Of a DNA stretch of 64,000 bases, positions 1 through 13,609 are shown one piece after another. This stretch comes from Tubulanus polymorphus (Eukaryota; Animalia; Nemertea): assembly GCF_964204645.1 (NCBI RefSeq), contig NC_134032.1, positions 4,054,175-4,118,174 of the forward strand, in the 5' to 3' direction. Numbering within the stretch: position 1 is the stretch's first letter; each line of letters starts with the position of its first letter. A model generated the notes under the pieces. The model searched no databases and was not told the origin of the DNA. It saw nothing but the letters and a program-made list of their open reading frames with translations. The position numbers were made by a program, and so were the translations under genes.

Positions 1-60
1 GGTTGCGCTTCTTGGAAATAGTCCTTTGTTATGGGCGGATTGGAATAATTTCGATGAAAT

Positions 61-135
61 CTTTTTTACGTTTCCCATTGCAACATATGAACCAGTTAGG
101 CAGAAACCCGTTATCGCTGCTATGCAGCTATATAT
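61..135. repeat. Dispersed repeat fragment (other copies at 30266-30340 in the same orientation and 23455-23495 inverted)
   Basis: TTCCCATTGCAACATATGAACCAG(G)TTAGGCAGAAACCCGTTATCGCTGCTATG occurs here and near 30280. The reverse complement of its 3' part occurs near 23460. Confidence 0.8.
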
Positions 136-941
136 TTTATTTTAGCTCTGATGCATGTGAAAATTTTACCATTCCAGGGGCATGGTTCACAATTTCATAG
201 AGTAATCTTTTTCAATTCTTGAATCTTTTCCAAATTATTTCGATTTAAGTTTAGCCCTCAATTTGAGCCCAAGGCATAGGTCTATTTAATCATCAGACAG
301 GTGGATGCGAATTTTACCATTTCACGATTTGTGAATTACTGATGCAATTGATGTTCTCCTTATATTCCATTTTTAACCGTGGTGATCATTGATGGTACCT
401 GATGATGAGTGGATCATGTCAAAAATAAGCTGTGATCATATAGAATTTGGTCATTGAGATTGATGGCCTGTCTCCTTATTGATTACATTACAAACTTGTG
501 TTTTACAATAAAATGAAAATAAAGATATGAGAATTCTTGTGTTAAATCTTTTGATAAAACTTCAATTTATATACAGATAAAATGAGGATGCTGAAAGGTT
601 GAGAGGTGGATTTCTCCAAATCAAAGTTCAGGCCTACACATGGTAGCATGTTAATGTAATGCCATGTGCTGAAACTTGGTAAAGTTGATTCATCGTTTTC
701 AAATATTCATGGATTTGCCTCGGACACCGATTACTAGTGAAGTTTGAACTTGTTGGATACAACCGACCACCTCGTGCGCTGCGTCATTCAAAAATCCCGT
801 TACGAATCCAACGGATTATTCAAAAGTGGCGCATGCGCAATAATAAAAATTAAAATCCCGAAATAAATAGAATAGACCGCCAGGTAGCGACTCCTGGCGT
901 TACAATTGTAGTTACGTGTTCTCGAACGTAGGAGAGATCGT

Positions 942-1461
942 CTGAAGCATCAACGATGAAAACTATAATACGGAAAATATTTGAGAATAACTTTCATTCA
1001 AGTGCAATTTCTTATCTATGAATTATATAATTGATCATAATTTATTCTTAATTAAGTTATTGATTTCATATGAATCATAATCTGACAATGAATATCGGTC
1101 TGTGAATATGTTGACTTTTCATGTTGAAGTTTTAAACTCGATGACGTCATCGGGATGTCACGTGACTGTCCCAACTTTCCTGCTGAAAATTTAAGTACAG
1201 CGGAGGTCTGGCATTTCATCCCTTGTGATCTTATATAGTAAAGCGTGACGACCGTCTGATACTGACCCTTATCAGCCAATTGTTTATCGGAACTTAATAG
1301 CGGATAAATAAACAACATTAACACAAGGTATTTCTGTGATATTTTGAATTTATTTGCAGTTCATATTTAGCGCCATTCTCGCGAGATTATCAACAACCCG
1401 GAAGTAAAATCCAAGCAACTACGTAGAAAACACGATCCAAGCCCATCGCCAAACCCCTGTG
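942..1461 (-). mobile_element. One end of a CACAGGGG-terminus (P-superfamily-like) DNA transposon
   Basis: Reverse-complement match to 40572-41062, ending in CCCCTGTG at 1461. The partner end was not found in the window. Confidence 0.8.
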
Positions 1462-2789
1462 ATGAGATGGTTATCACTCTTTACGACCAGCTAGATGTCC
1501 GCCTTGTTCACAAAGACCCTTGTCAAAACTTCGGTTAATTTTTAATTTAATAAATTTTCCAAAACATTGTTCGTGTAACTTGGCCCTGGTTGATCTGCAA
1601 AGATGGCTGTCAGTGATGTCAAGAAGACAAGCTTATCAAGTCAGTATGTTAATATCGACGTAGGTCGACGCCTTGCGACGTGATTCACTGCAGCCGTCCT
1701 ACGTACGTGCTCTTGCAACTGCCACGCGACCAAAACGCCTCTCCCAGTCACAACGTCCGCACTCATGCGACTGGGGGGGGGGGGGGGGTGGGGGGTGACA
1801 CGATTCCCCTCCCAGAAATACTGGGATTTGAACCCAAAATGGTAAAGAGTTTTAATACCATTTGTATGTGTACAACAATGTGATGCATTACAAGTTTAAA
1901 TTCCAGAAAAATGAATCGATATTTTCAAGTATAGTTTAATAACCGGATGGGATCACTCCCGAAATGAACAGGCACTTAAACGTCGAATCTTCGAAGTTTT
2001 TGAATTAGTCAACCTAAGTTACCATACTGAGTTTTTGCCATCGCCTTTATTATCATAATCATCATTATCATTATGATTATTATAATTTTTAATATTGCAC
2101 ACAGGTCATGTGTCCTAAATTCGCGTAGAAATTGCCGACTGTTGCTCACACTCGGCAAATAAGTAACCACTCAATAATACTCAGTAACTGCTACAAATCC
2201 GATTGTAATAAATAAACTACATACATTGGCCTTATGTTGTTATCTTTTCGTTGTTTACACTTTCAGGACCATATCTTCAGTTCATTATGCTAAAATTGCC
2301 TCTGGTGAATAATATGGTAATACTCTACTGTCCCAATTGCCAACCATCATTGAGCCATAGAATTATAAAACACTCGCAGTACAAACAAAGCTGCAGGTTG
2401 CGCCTCTTTTGTAAAAACAACTGCATTTTGAACATCAGATGGATTTCAGAGCTATGTAAATACGCGTCGTGAACAAACCGCAGTTGTTTCTACATTTGCA
2501 GTTGCCATTCAATGGCTTTCCACATAAATTCATGTTAGTTTTGTACATTGTCAAGATTTAAACATACAATAGATTCCCGGAGATCCATTTTTAAGTTTGT
2601 TCACGTCTGATTAAATAATATGCGATTCGTAATATGAATAAAACAGTTCAGTTTCTGAAGGGAAGTTGTTGTGTTGAGAAGTGTTGAGAAACAGAGACGT
2701 CTTACAAGCTACAAATTGAAGGTAAGTACGACATAGACTAGAGTTATAGTTTCATCGTGGACTCTACGAACAGTTTTAGAATTTGCGAG

Positions 2790-5607
2790 TCCATGGTTTT
2801 ATAGACTAGGAGTCAGTTTAGTATACTATGAGTCAGTTTTATATACTAGGAGCCAGTTTCATAGACTAGGAGACAGTTTCATAGACTAGGAGTCACTTTG
2901 ATAGACTATAAAAAACAGTGTCATTGATTGGAGTTAGTTCCATAGACAAGAAGTCAGTTCCATAAACTGGGAGTCAGCTTCATAGAATAGGAGTCAGTTT
3001 CATAGACACTAGGAGTCAGCTAGGAGTCAGTTTCATACACTAGGAGCCAGTTTCATAGATAATAGGAGTCAGTTTCATATACTAGGCGCCATTTTCATAC
3101 ACTTGTAGCCAGTTACATAGGATACTAGGATACTAGGAGTCAGTTTCATACGCTAGGAGCCAGTATCATAGATAATAGGAGTCAGTTTCATATACTAGGA
3201 GCAAGTCTCATGATTATAGGAGTCAGTTTCATATACTAGGAGTCAGTTTCATACGCTAGGAGCCAGTTCCATAGACTAGGAGCCAGTTTCACACGCTAGG
3301 AGCCATTTTTATAGATTATAGGAGTCAGTTTCATATACTAGGAGCCAGTTCATACGCTAGGAGTCAGTTTCATAGATTATAAGAGTCAGTTTCATACGCT
3401 AGGAGCCATTTTTATAGATTATAGGAGTCAGTTTCATATACTAGGAGCCAGTTTCATACACTAGGAGCCAGTTTCATAGACTAGGAGTCAGTTTCATATA
3501 CTAGGAGTCAGTTTCATATACTAGGAGTCAGTTTCACACGCTTGGAGCCATTTTTATAGATTATAGGAGGCAGTTTCATAGACTAGGAGCCAGTTTCATA
3601 CACAAGGAGCAAGTTTCATATACTAGGAGCCAGTTTCACACGCTTGGAGCCATTTTTATAGATTATATGAGGCAGTTTCATATACTAGGAGCCAGTTTCA
3701 TACACTAGGAGCCAGTTTCATAGACTAGGAGTCAGTTTCATATACTAGGAGTCAGTTTCATATACTAGGAGCCAGTTTCATACACTAGGAGCCAGTTTCA
3801 TAGACTAGGAGTCAGTTTCATATACTAGGAGTCAGTTTCATATACTAGCAATCAGTTTCATATACTAGGAGCCAGTTTCATACACTAGGAGCCAGTTTCA
3901 TGGACTAGGAGTCAGTTTCATATACTAGGAGTCAGTTTCATATACTAGGAGACAGTTTCACACGCTTGGAGCCATTTTTATAGATTATAACAGTCAGTTT
4001 CATATACTAGGAGCCAGTTTCATACACAAGGAGCAAGTTTCATATACTAGGAGCCAGTTTCACACGCTTGGAGCCATTTTTATAGATTATAGGAGTCAGT
4101 TTCATATACTAGGAGCCATTTTCATATACTAGGAGCCAGTTTTTATATACTAGGAGACAGTTTCTTACGTTAGGAGCCAGTTTCATAGACTAGGAGTCAA
4201 TTTCATATACTAGGAGCCAGTTTCATACACTAGGAGCAAGTGTCATACACTAGGAGCCCAGTTTCATATACTAGGAGTCAGTTTCACACGCTAGGGGCCA
4301 TTTTTATAGATTATAGGAGTCAGTTTCATATATATGAAGCCAGTTTCATACACTAGGAGCCAGTTTCATACACTAGGAGTCAGTTTCATATACTAGAAGC
4401 CAGTTTCAAATACTAGGAGCCAGTTTCATATACTAGGAACCAGTTTCATGCACTAGGAGACAGTTTCATATACTAGGAGCAAGTTTCAAATACTAGGAGC
4501 CAGTTTCATATACTAGGAGCCAGTTTCATACGCTAGGAGCCAGTTTCATACGCTAGGAGCCAGTTTCATACGCTAGGAGCCAGTTTCATATACTAGGAGC
4601 CAGTTTCATACACTAGGAGCCAGTTTAATACACTAGGAGTCAGTTTCATATATTAGGAGCAAGTTTCATAGACTATAGGAGCCAGTTTCACAGACTAGGA
4701 GTCAGTTTCATACGCTTGGAGCCAGTTTCATATATTAGGAGCCAGTTTCAAAGACTACGAGCCAGTTTCATATACTATGAGCCGGTTTCATACACAAGGA
4801 GTCAGCTTCATAGACCAGGAGTCAGTTTCTTAGACCATAATTCAGTTAGATAGACTAGGAGCCAGTTTCATACGCTAGGGGCCAGTTTCATATACTAGGA
4901 GCCAGTTTCATAGACTAGGAGCCAGTTTCATACACTAGGAGCCAGTTTAATACACTAGGAGTCAGTTTCATATACTAGGAGCAAGTTTCATAGACTATAG
5001 GAGCCAGTTTCACAGACTAGGAGTCAGTTTCATACGCTTGGAGCCAGTTTCATATATTAGGAGCCAGTTTCAAAGACTACGAGCCAGTTTCATACACTAG
5101 GAGCCAGTTTCATAGACTAGGAGTCAGTTTCATATACTAGGAGTCAGTTTCATATACTAGGAGTCAGTTTCATATACTAGGAGCCAGTTTCATACACTAG
5201 GAGCCAGTTTCATAGACTAGGAGTCAGTTTCATATACTAGGAGTCAGTTTCATATACTAGCAATCAGTTTCATATACTAGGAGCCAGTTTCATACACTAG
5301 GAGCCAGTTTCGTGGACTAGGAGTCAGTTTCATATACTAGGAGCCAGTTTAATACACTAGGAGTCAGTTTCATATACTAGGAGCAAGTTTCATAGACTAT
5401 AGGAGCCAGTTTCACAGACTAGGAGTCAGTTTCATACGCTTGGAGCCAGTTTCATATATTAGGAGCCAGTTTCAAAGACTACGAGCCAGTTTCATATACT
5501 ATGAGCCGGTTTCATACACAAGGAGTCAGCTTCATAGACCAGGAGTCAGTTTCTCAGACCAGAATTCAGTTAGATAGACTAGGAGCCAGTTTCATAGACT
5601 ATTGGAG
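2790..5607. repeat. 20-bp minisatellite, consensus ACTAGGAG(C/T)CAGTTTCATA(T/C/G), roughly 140 units with occasional 22-bp variants
   Basis: Directly visible head-to-tail repeats without unique spacers. The left edge is degenerate. Confidence 0.97.
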
Positions 5608-5759
5608 CCATAAACTCAATTCTAAATTCCAAACACTAAAATAGTCAGTGATGGGCACAGGTTTTCTATGTTCTCCCAATAGATACCAGACTGTCTCTAT
5701 TGGCAATGGGGATACCTCCTAATTTCGCGGTCAATATATCGAAAATTTTGAATTATTTT

Positions 5760-6375
5760 AAGCTAACGAACTAGTTTGTTTTTGTTTCGTTAGTAGTATT
5801 TTTTTAATATTCATAATTAACACTACTTTTGTTCTGCGCAATATTTATTTCTTCAGTTTTAATTTTAACATCTGATGGTGGGTTATCAATTAATGGATAG
5901 ATTTTCTATCCATATCAAAAATAATATTAAAAACCTTATATTCTCACGATAATTTTTAACAATCAAATAGTATTTTTGATTCAAAACCCATGTTGTAATC
6001 CCATAATGTCTCCCACTAAAAGCTAAATAGCATAATTATGTTTCTCGTATTTTTGAATCACGAACATTTGCACAATCATATATAATGAATAATGTATTTG
6101 AACCTTCATGAATATCGATTGCTATTGCAATTCAATTAAATCTAAGTTATCTTTGACGACTTTAGGATTTAATATTATGAACTTTTTATTTTAGTTACAA
6201 TATCTCAATGATAAATTTTATTAAATTTATATGTAGTGCAGAATAAAACAATATTATCATAGTAATTTTTAGATATAGTTTCTAATAAATCTAAAATAAA
6301 GTGTGTTTTTCCACAATTTGTGAGACCACTTACTAAGGTGTTATGAGGCTCGAATATAAATAAACTTCTATCCAT
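5760..6375 (-). pseudogene. Polinton/Maverick packaging ATPase (A32/FtsK-HerA-like), disrupted
   Basis: Manual translation from the ATG at 6375 gives MDRSLFIFEPHNTLVSGLTNCGKTHFILDLL (Walker A). Further on come NTLFIIYDC (degenerate Walker B) and LAFSGRHYGITTW (GRH motif), with in-frame stops and frameshifts. Confidence 0.85.
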
Positions 6376-6406
6376 TTATTAAGATTATGAATTACTTATT
6401 TTACTT

Positions 6407-6615
6407 TTAATTTTCCGGATTAGACTTATATTTGACTAAGCTATATTTTTTACCTCGAATCTTCTTTGTTTTTAAAACCTGTTCTATTTTATAATAGATA
6501 TTATCTATATAAGGAACTAATGTTACTTCTTCTTCATAGAAATAACCTAATATTTCTTCGTTTTGCAAATCATATAACTTATAAACAAATGGTTTAGTTA
6601 ATATCATTTTTTTTA
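6407..6615 (-). pseudogene. Polinton integrase C-terminal fragment with partial chromodomain
   Basis: TKPFVYKLYDLQNEEILGYFYEEEV...YKIEQVLKTKKIRGKKYSLVKY matches the Maverick integrase tail pattern (YxLxDxxxExIxGxFYxxE followed by a chromodomain). It lies directly upstream of the ATPase. Confidence 0.8.
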
Positions 6616-9600
6616 TTTTAATGTGGTAGGTCGGTTCCGCCCGGATCTGGATAGTTATTAGCTGTTTATCTGCAGTAGGGTTGTTGCTGCCTGGTGGCGC
6701 CATCTGTTTGTGTTTTGCTACGTTCTTTCCCCTTCCGGGTAGAATGAGGTAGCATTTAATGTAAATACATTCTGCATATTTGTCGAATGTATGCGTTCGT
6801 TTTGATCTTACTGCAGGTAAGCTTTGAGTTTTAATTAGTACTGTTAATTATGAGCAATTGAGCTACGTTGTGGGGGTTGTCACTGGGAATATATTGGGTT
6901 TTGCTGGGGATGTTTATTCAGGTTAAATACGACAATGGGTTCCCGCGGTTTTGGCGGGAGTCACCACGTGTTTATGTGTATACTAGTCTAACATCGTCAA
7001 AGCCGACAACCTAACATTTGGATGGGAGAAGTCTTCTCGATTATTGCCGGGCTACTGAAAAGTCGCCCAATCGCCACTGTATCGCCTTCGCCTCTAGACG
7101 AGCCACCGATTACTACAAGCAATTTCTCGTTGGGCGAGGTTCTTTGCATAGTGTGCAAATGCCGTTTGCAGACTACGTTAGTAATACCCAAGCAAAGAAG
7201 AAAACTTTGCAAGATGATGGTGGACGGTTCCTGGTGGATGGTGTTTCGGTTTTTGGAACTGAACCTAGTGTCATATTAAACCAACACAGTGCACACGATG
7301 ACCAGGAACGGCCTAGGTTCGGACTTGATGCTGACGCACAATTCATAATTAACAGATATGCAAATCCCAGAATTGATTTCGATTGGTCCCAATACTTCAT
7401 TGAGGTTGATATGGGGATTAACAGGTTCAGACCTAAAAGGTTAAAAGCTACAGCAACAAACATACCATAACATAATATGAATGTATCATAAAGTTTTACC
7501 GATATGATAAATAAACGAACCGCTGGAACGCGATTTAAAACGTTATAACCTATTTGATATAAACACCATAACTAATTATATTCGATCATATATTCGTAAA
7601 TCCTGAATATACACACGTGTGCCCGAGCTTTTAGTGCTTCATTGATAATCTAGATCGATATTGTAACGGAATGGCTCGCAACGATCATTCGATAACTGGG
7701 TGATCAACAACTGACCATACGACGAGTAAATCCATAACGGAATCGCCCACAACGACCAATGTAATAACTTTGACTGTTTTCAATTATTTTTGTTCATAAT
7801 TTCCGTCTCCTATCAAATTTGATTTCTAACGTCTATCAATAATATATCAGGTTTTTTTACTCGCATTATTTGACTTAGCAATTATACCAGACGGAGTATG
7901 ATTGTTGTCACACGCCTGATGTGCGTTAACTGTGCGTGAACCTGCGCGCTCAGGGGGCAAAGACATGGTTGGTGCCATGGCAGTCTTGCATCAATCGAAA
8001 GAAGACTGCATGTATTTTGAGTAGATTTTCTATTCAAATCCGCATTTAAATAGGTTTAGATTATATTAGAATTTTGATTGTAGGTTTATCAGAAGTTTAC
8101 TTCTGGCAGTTGCAGTTATCGTGTACTCCGAGATTGACGTAGAAAAATGTGAGTTTTACAGGAAGTCTTTTTGCATAGTTTCACCAGATACTTGTATATA
8201 TTGAACAAATCACCAAAATTTAATTTACAATGATTATACTAAAAACTTTCGCGCAATGTTCTTGTAGATTACTTCATTACTTTCAGGAAGTAACTATAGT
8301 TGAATGCCACTTTTTATTTTACAGGAATTTCATAGGACTATTCTATCGTTTCTTTTACATTTGTTTGTTGTGCTCGTTGTGGAAATTTGGTAAGTCTTCT
8401 CACGTTTTGCTTTACCGCACGTCTTTTGGAGCTTCGTTTACGCAGATTTTCAAACTATTCGATCGTTGTTGTTTAAACCTCACGGGACCGCAGTCTTTGA
8501 AGTTGTGCCTGTACAATGTTAGCCACAAGCAGGACTCCATCCCGTTTGCCACTCACGAGTGTTATCGAATTTTTCGTTTATATTTATACGATGGAAAACT
8601 GAATTACATTGCACAGGTTATGATGCAGTGATACAATTACTGGTACTACTATTACAGATACCGTAATTTCTATCAGCGTTGAGAAAAGAAGCTTGGACCA
8701 GTTTGGCCATATGATGAAAGAATTGACAAAACGCATCAGATTTTAACAAATACGGCAACCATTGCGGGAAGGGAGGTAGTGGGCGTGTCCTTGATCAGAT
8801 TGACAGGTATTTAGCACCCAACAGCTATGATGAAATTACTTTCTATGCGATGATTATACCTTGCAACAAACCTACACCAACTTTCTATGCTTTTAAAGCC
8901 ATTGCAATGCTATAGACAAATACGTGTATTTCGATCTATAACTTCAAAAGACAATCTTCAATGTTTAACCGGAGTTAATTACTTTTTTTGACCTTTTTAC
9001 TTAACTGGAAAACTCAATATCCTTAGATCAGTTATAGAACCAACTTAGATTTTACAGGTCCTGTGTTGTAAACGGTTATAGAACCAAAGCATAATTCCGC
9101 TGGCCTAATGCTGTTGGAATGCTGTAGAACCTGAATGAGTTAAGACAATGGTCTCAAGTTGTTAGGTTTGGTTATGAAACCAAAATTTCCTTTATTAGGT
9201 TTTAAGTTGTTAACTGGTAAAAGTACCAAAGCATCTCATTAATTGTGGGTTTGTTTTATTTAATACATATATATCATTTTATTGGCAGGTTAAATTTATC
9301 ACATGAAATTCAAGCTTAAAATCCCGTACTAGGTGCTGTAAAGTGCACGATGATTGTTACGATCGTATTAGCAACAACGAATGTAAAAGCAAGAGTTTTT
9401 GGGACATTCTGTTTACTTCAGTTTATCTGAATAGATACGCGTGGAAAATGCAAAATGGCGCGATCATTTGCGGTACGTATATCTAACCAGATATATCTTA
9501 ACGGCGATAGTGCCGATCACTTAAACCCGAATGTTGCACTTAGCGTTTTGAATTTTCCTACTTTACTCAAATTCAATATAAGATAAGTATACTGACTTTT

Positions 9601-12600
9601 ACTCGGTGCATTTTAGGAGAACATTGACAACACAATCTGAATTGAACATAACGTTGAAAATAAAAACAGCCTGAACCCTTTCGCTGGGGACTATTTGAAT
9701 ACTCCACGAGCAATAAATCTGTGTTTATATTGATTCTGATTTCAAAATTAATTCATATGCTTTTTAATGAAGAAAGACTCATCAAACTAGTATCGGTTAT
9801 GATGCTAGTAGTAAGAGCTATAAACGACGATAAAATGTTTGGTACAAAAAGTTTGAACATCACGGTAACCAGTGACTTGATAGATCTCGATGTTAAATTT
9901 ACTTCACGTCTTTTTTTACATAAAGTAGTTTGATAACAATAGAAAACATTTTTAAGCACTTTTAGAGTAGTAGAGCATTTCAACGACTGTAAGACAACCG
10001 TCGAGCATCCTGATAACGTTTTAGCAGCCAGGTGGCTAGTTTGACATCTAGTGGAAATTAGGTTAATAGGTCAAGTGTCACGTGTCAGGGGACTTCGTCG
10101 ATTGCGATCCGATTAACATCGTTACAACCCAAATGATATCGCCAGTGAAAGGGTGGAACAGATGATATGAAATTCGACACGTAAAAAAGTGCCACGTGTC
10201 GTTGAGCTAATAGATTATTCGGCGTTTGTGATTTAGCTCGCGAGATCTTATGATTCAATTCCATATTAAGAGCATTATGCTTTTCTGAAGATTCTTTTGA
10301 GTTAATTCTAAACGTCGAGATGACTATATAATGATGAAGTCGAAACGTGGAATGAAGTATTACCTGGAAAATTTTGAAGACGCTTTAAGCCGCATCTAAC
10401 AGCGAACTCTGTGAATGTGTTAATCAATTCGATAATTAACAATATATATTATATTTTCTACTAGAAGCAAGAAATAACAGATGTGATATGGTACTGTGCC
10501 AATGCGACAAGACTGCCGCCGAGTGCTTCAAGAAAAACTTACGATTTTACAACCCGGCCAGAAAATCGTCGAGTCAATTGGATCTGCAATTCATCCACGC
10601 TTTACACTAAAATGATGACTCATTTACGTCAAAATGTAATATTTTGCCATAAATACATATTAAGTCTATGTCACCAGGTCATCATTAAACGTTTGTTTGC
10701 GTCTCTAGTGACAATTCAATTCAAATCTTTATTGATCCATATGTTGAACAACGCATATAAGATTCCCAAATTCAATAAAGTTACAAATTTCGAAATAAGA
10801 AAACACAACATACGAAACACATGCGTAATTTATACACCAACAAATGACTATGTCTACTTCAACCCAGACTCAAGAGGATCGAGTTGCAGTCCCCCGGCTG
10901 CGATTTAGCCCGGCCAACCTGCTACCCAATTGCCAAATTTCTTAAAACTTCGATTTCAAATTCGCAATCCCACGTTAGCTTATCCCAAAAATTCTACATT
11001 TTTTTCGCGTCAAATAATTCATTAAAATTGATTTTCTTGTTATTTCTGCTTTTCTAAATGGAGGTAGAGATAAAAACTTTCCGCCCTCCGCCGCTTTCAG
11101 AGGGCACATGAGAAACGAGGGCATTTTTGCGTGGTTAGGTTATCATTCAATGAATTTGTAATCCAATTATTTCTTCCTAAGTGCGAGAATGAATAATGAT
11201 TTTAGAGATTAGAGAAAATTTTAATTCTTGTGAAAATCGCAGTGAAACAATGCATCAATTGGTACGCAATTCACAAGTGATGATCATCGACAACAGGCTA
11301 CAGAGGAGCCTTCGAACGACCTCGCAAAAGTAGAGAACTCAATAAGTAACGGAATAAGGAATAAGGAACAAGTAACCAACTTCACTGAGGTATAATAATA
11401 ATGAGATGAAGAGATACATAAAGATTGATGGTGATGTGATACTAGGACTCGATACTGATAGTAACGGGTATCTGTTTGCGCTCGTGGAGAAAAACAGCAA
11501 ATTATACCTGAGAAAATATAAAAATCAACAGAAACTGATACGTAGATGAAAATATCACTGATATCCGGTCTGGAGACTGTGGATCCCAATATCTATATAC
11601 AGTCATTAAGAGACGTTCATGTTTTACGTTTACTAGAAAACCCTGAAAACAGTTTGATTGATAGAAATATCAGCTCCCGGATGGAGGTTACTCTTTCAAA
11701 TGTTAAGATGTCGACACACGGGGACGCATGTTTATTTACTGTTACGAGACTCATAGATTGTTGTTTCTAACAGCTGAAGCGGAACTGATGGGATTTATCA
11801 ATATAAAGGATTGTGGACTAACATTTTATCCATGTGCTGGACGCCCGTGTGTTATTAGTGATGAACATGTATTACTATCGACAAACTCTAATACTTATTA
11901 CAGATGAGCTGTTATTAGTATCAGATATAATGATCACGTGCATAGTACTGAACTCTACAGACAGTATGACATGCGAGATACATAAAGTGTGTGACAGTAA
12001 CACTGTAGTTATTCACTGGGATAACAGTAATAATCAGCACTCACTGAGACTCTACAATATAAACACTGTATTAACTCCCCCGATTTAGAATCGAAGTCTA
12101 AACCGGTTTTAGGGTTCCAGAACAGCGTGTATACAATGAAATGCTACTCGTAGTCAGCCGGTCAAATGCTGCCCGGCTGTGAAAGGGCACCTTTGTCACA
12201 GAAAAGTTTGAATCTTTAGGGCAATCTAAGTCGCTTTGGGGCATCAAATCTATGCATCCACAAAACATGACAATTTGTTTCTTATATTTTAACCCCAAGT
12301 AAAAAGTTGTTCGACTCATTAAAATATTGCAAATGAATTTTAGGCTAGAAAAAAATGATACTTTGTTTCCCTGTCTGCTGGGCTTAAAAGCTCTGCTGAG
12401 CTTTGACCCGGCCGGCCGCCGATCCTATCTATCCATTCATTTCGGTTATTATTAGTCAAAGAATATGTCATATAACCGATGCGGATACCTACGGATAATT
12501 GTTTCCACTCGTCGAAACCATCAAGCCGGATTTCTTAAATTTCTTTTCTGTCTAAGTATCAGCACCGGACAATCGACGTATGGTTCCGGATCTATCAATG

Positions 12601-13070
12601 CATACGCAGATCCGTTTTTCCCGGATTTGTCAGTTACGGATTGAGGTCTGATATCAAACGTATATGACCTTTATCCCTTAAAATATGTCACAAATACGAG
12701 GTCGGATATTGATATTTACACCCTGCGTCTACCCGATACATCACTTTTTTAAAAATCATGATCAGGCTATCTATACCAGACCCGGCAGCGTAGAAATGAA
12801 CTTGATAACAAATATTATTGGAATTTATAAAATCACCCCGCCGCTGCCAAGAGACAAGGTATCATTTTTCAGCCTAATGGTTGGGAATTGTGGAACTGTG
12901 GAATCAGATCCACATTAATTGCATGAATACCGAAAATCTACGTTTGTTGCAGTTTAGCACGGAGTATTATATCCATTTCAATAAGTTCAGTAGTATAATA
13001 CACTATGTGACATAAGTCTGTCTTAGGAGAAGCCAATATCCTGAAAGCCGTTGTAAACTTGGAACTGAAA

Positions 13071-13585
13071 CACTTAGTTAGATGATTCAGAGCCAACAAA
13101 TTATCTTTAAACATAACTAATTTCATGATTTTTGGTAATTCACATGTCCCAAAAAACCAAAAAAGATTGTGATTGACAATGCCAGAATTTCCATCGTCTG
13201 AATCTAAATTTTTAGGGGTAATGGTAGCCGACAAACTGAATTGGTCATCCCATATAAAATTTATTTCCATAGGGTTTCTTTATAAAGCCCGTAAATGTCT
13301 CCCATATCACACCCTCTCACTACTTTTCAGTCCTCTAATACTACCATACTTGCAGTATTGTATTATTGTATGGTGAAATACCTACCCAACGCGACTTCAT
13401 AGACTCAATTTATTACTCAAAAGAGCGGTCCGTATGATATTCATCAATGCCCCGTTTCTAGCCCACACTCGCCCTCTACTTAAGCAGGGAAATATTTTAG
13501 GCCTGGTAGATTTAAATAAATTGAAGGTAGCATCATGTATGTATAAGCTTAAAAATGGCCTTTTGACAGAAAACTTTAATTATAT
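13071..13585 (+). mobile_element. CR1/L2-group (Crack/Daphne-like) LINE, decayed ORF2 C-terminal fragment
   Basis: FRANKLSLN...KFLGVMVADKLNWSSHI...LILPYLQYCIIVW*...KRAVRMI...AHTRPLL, the typical post-RT region, with stops. Confidence 0.85.
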
Positions 13586-13609
13586 ATATATAACCCCCGC
13601 GCTAACCAC

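Noticed and set aside
1052-1324. ORF nearly identical to 40727-40945, suggesting a conserved small protein
   Set aside because: Both lie in arms of the same transposon family, so the similarity is DNA-level repeat identity.
1773-1796. G-run as a functional G-quadruplex (also 52382-52396)
   Set aside because: Homopolymer tracts in repeat-like context, with no independent support.
2790-5607. CRISPR-like array
   Set aside because: Contiguous 20-bp monomers with no unique spacers and no cas genes, in a eukaryotic context.
7018-7470. 150-aa ORF as a gene
   Set aside because: Non-ATG start, no recognisable motif, and overlapping ORFs in several frames. Cannot be supported without a search.
10310-10350. 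Hammerhead ribozyme core (TGATGA...GAAA)
   Set aside because: Lacks the CUGAUGA core and the required flanking stems.
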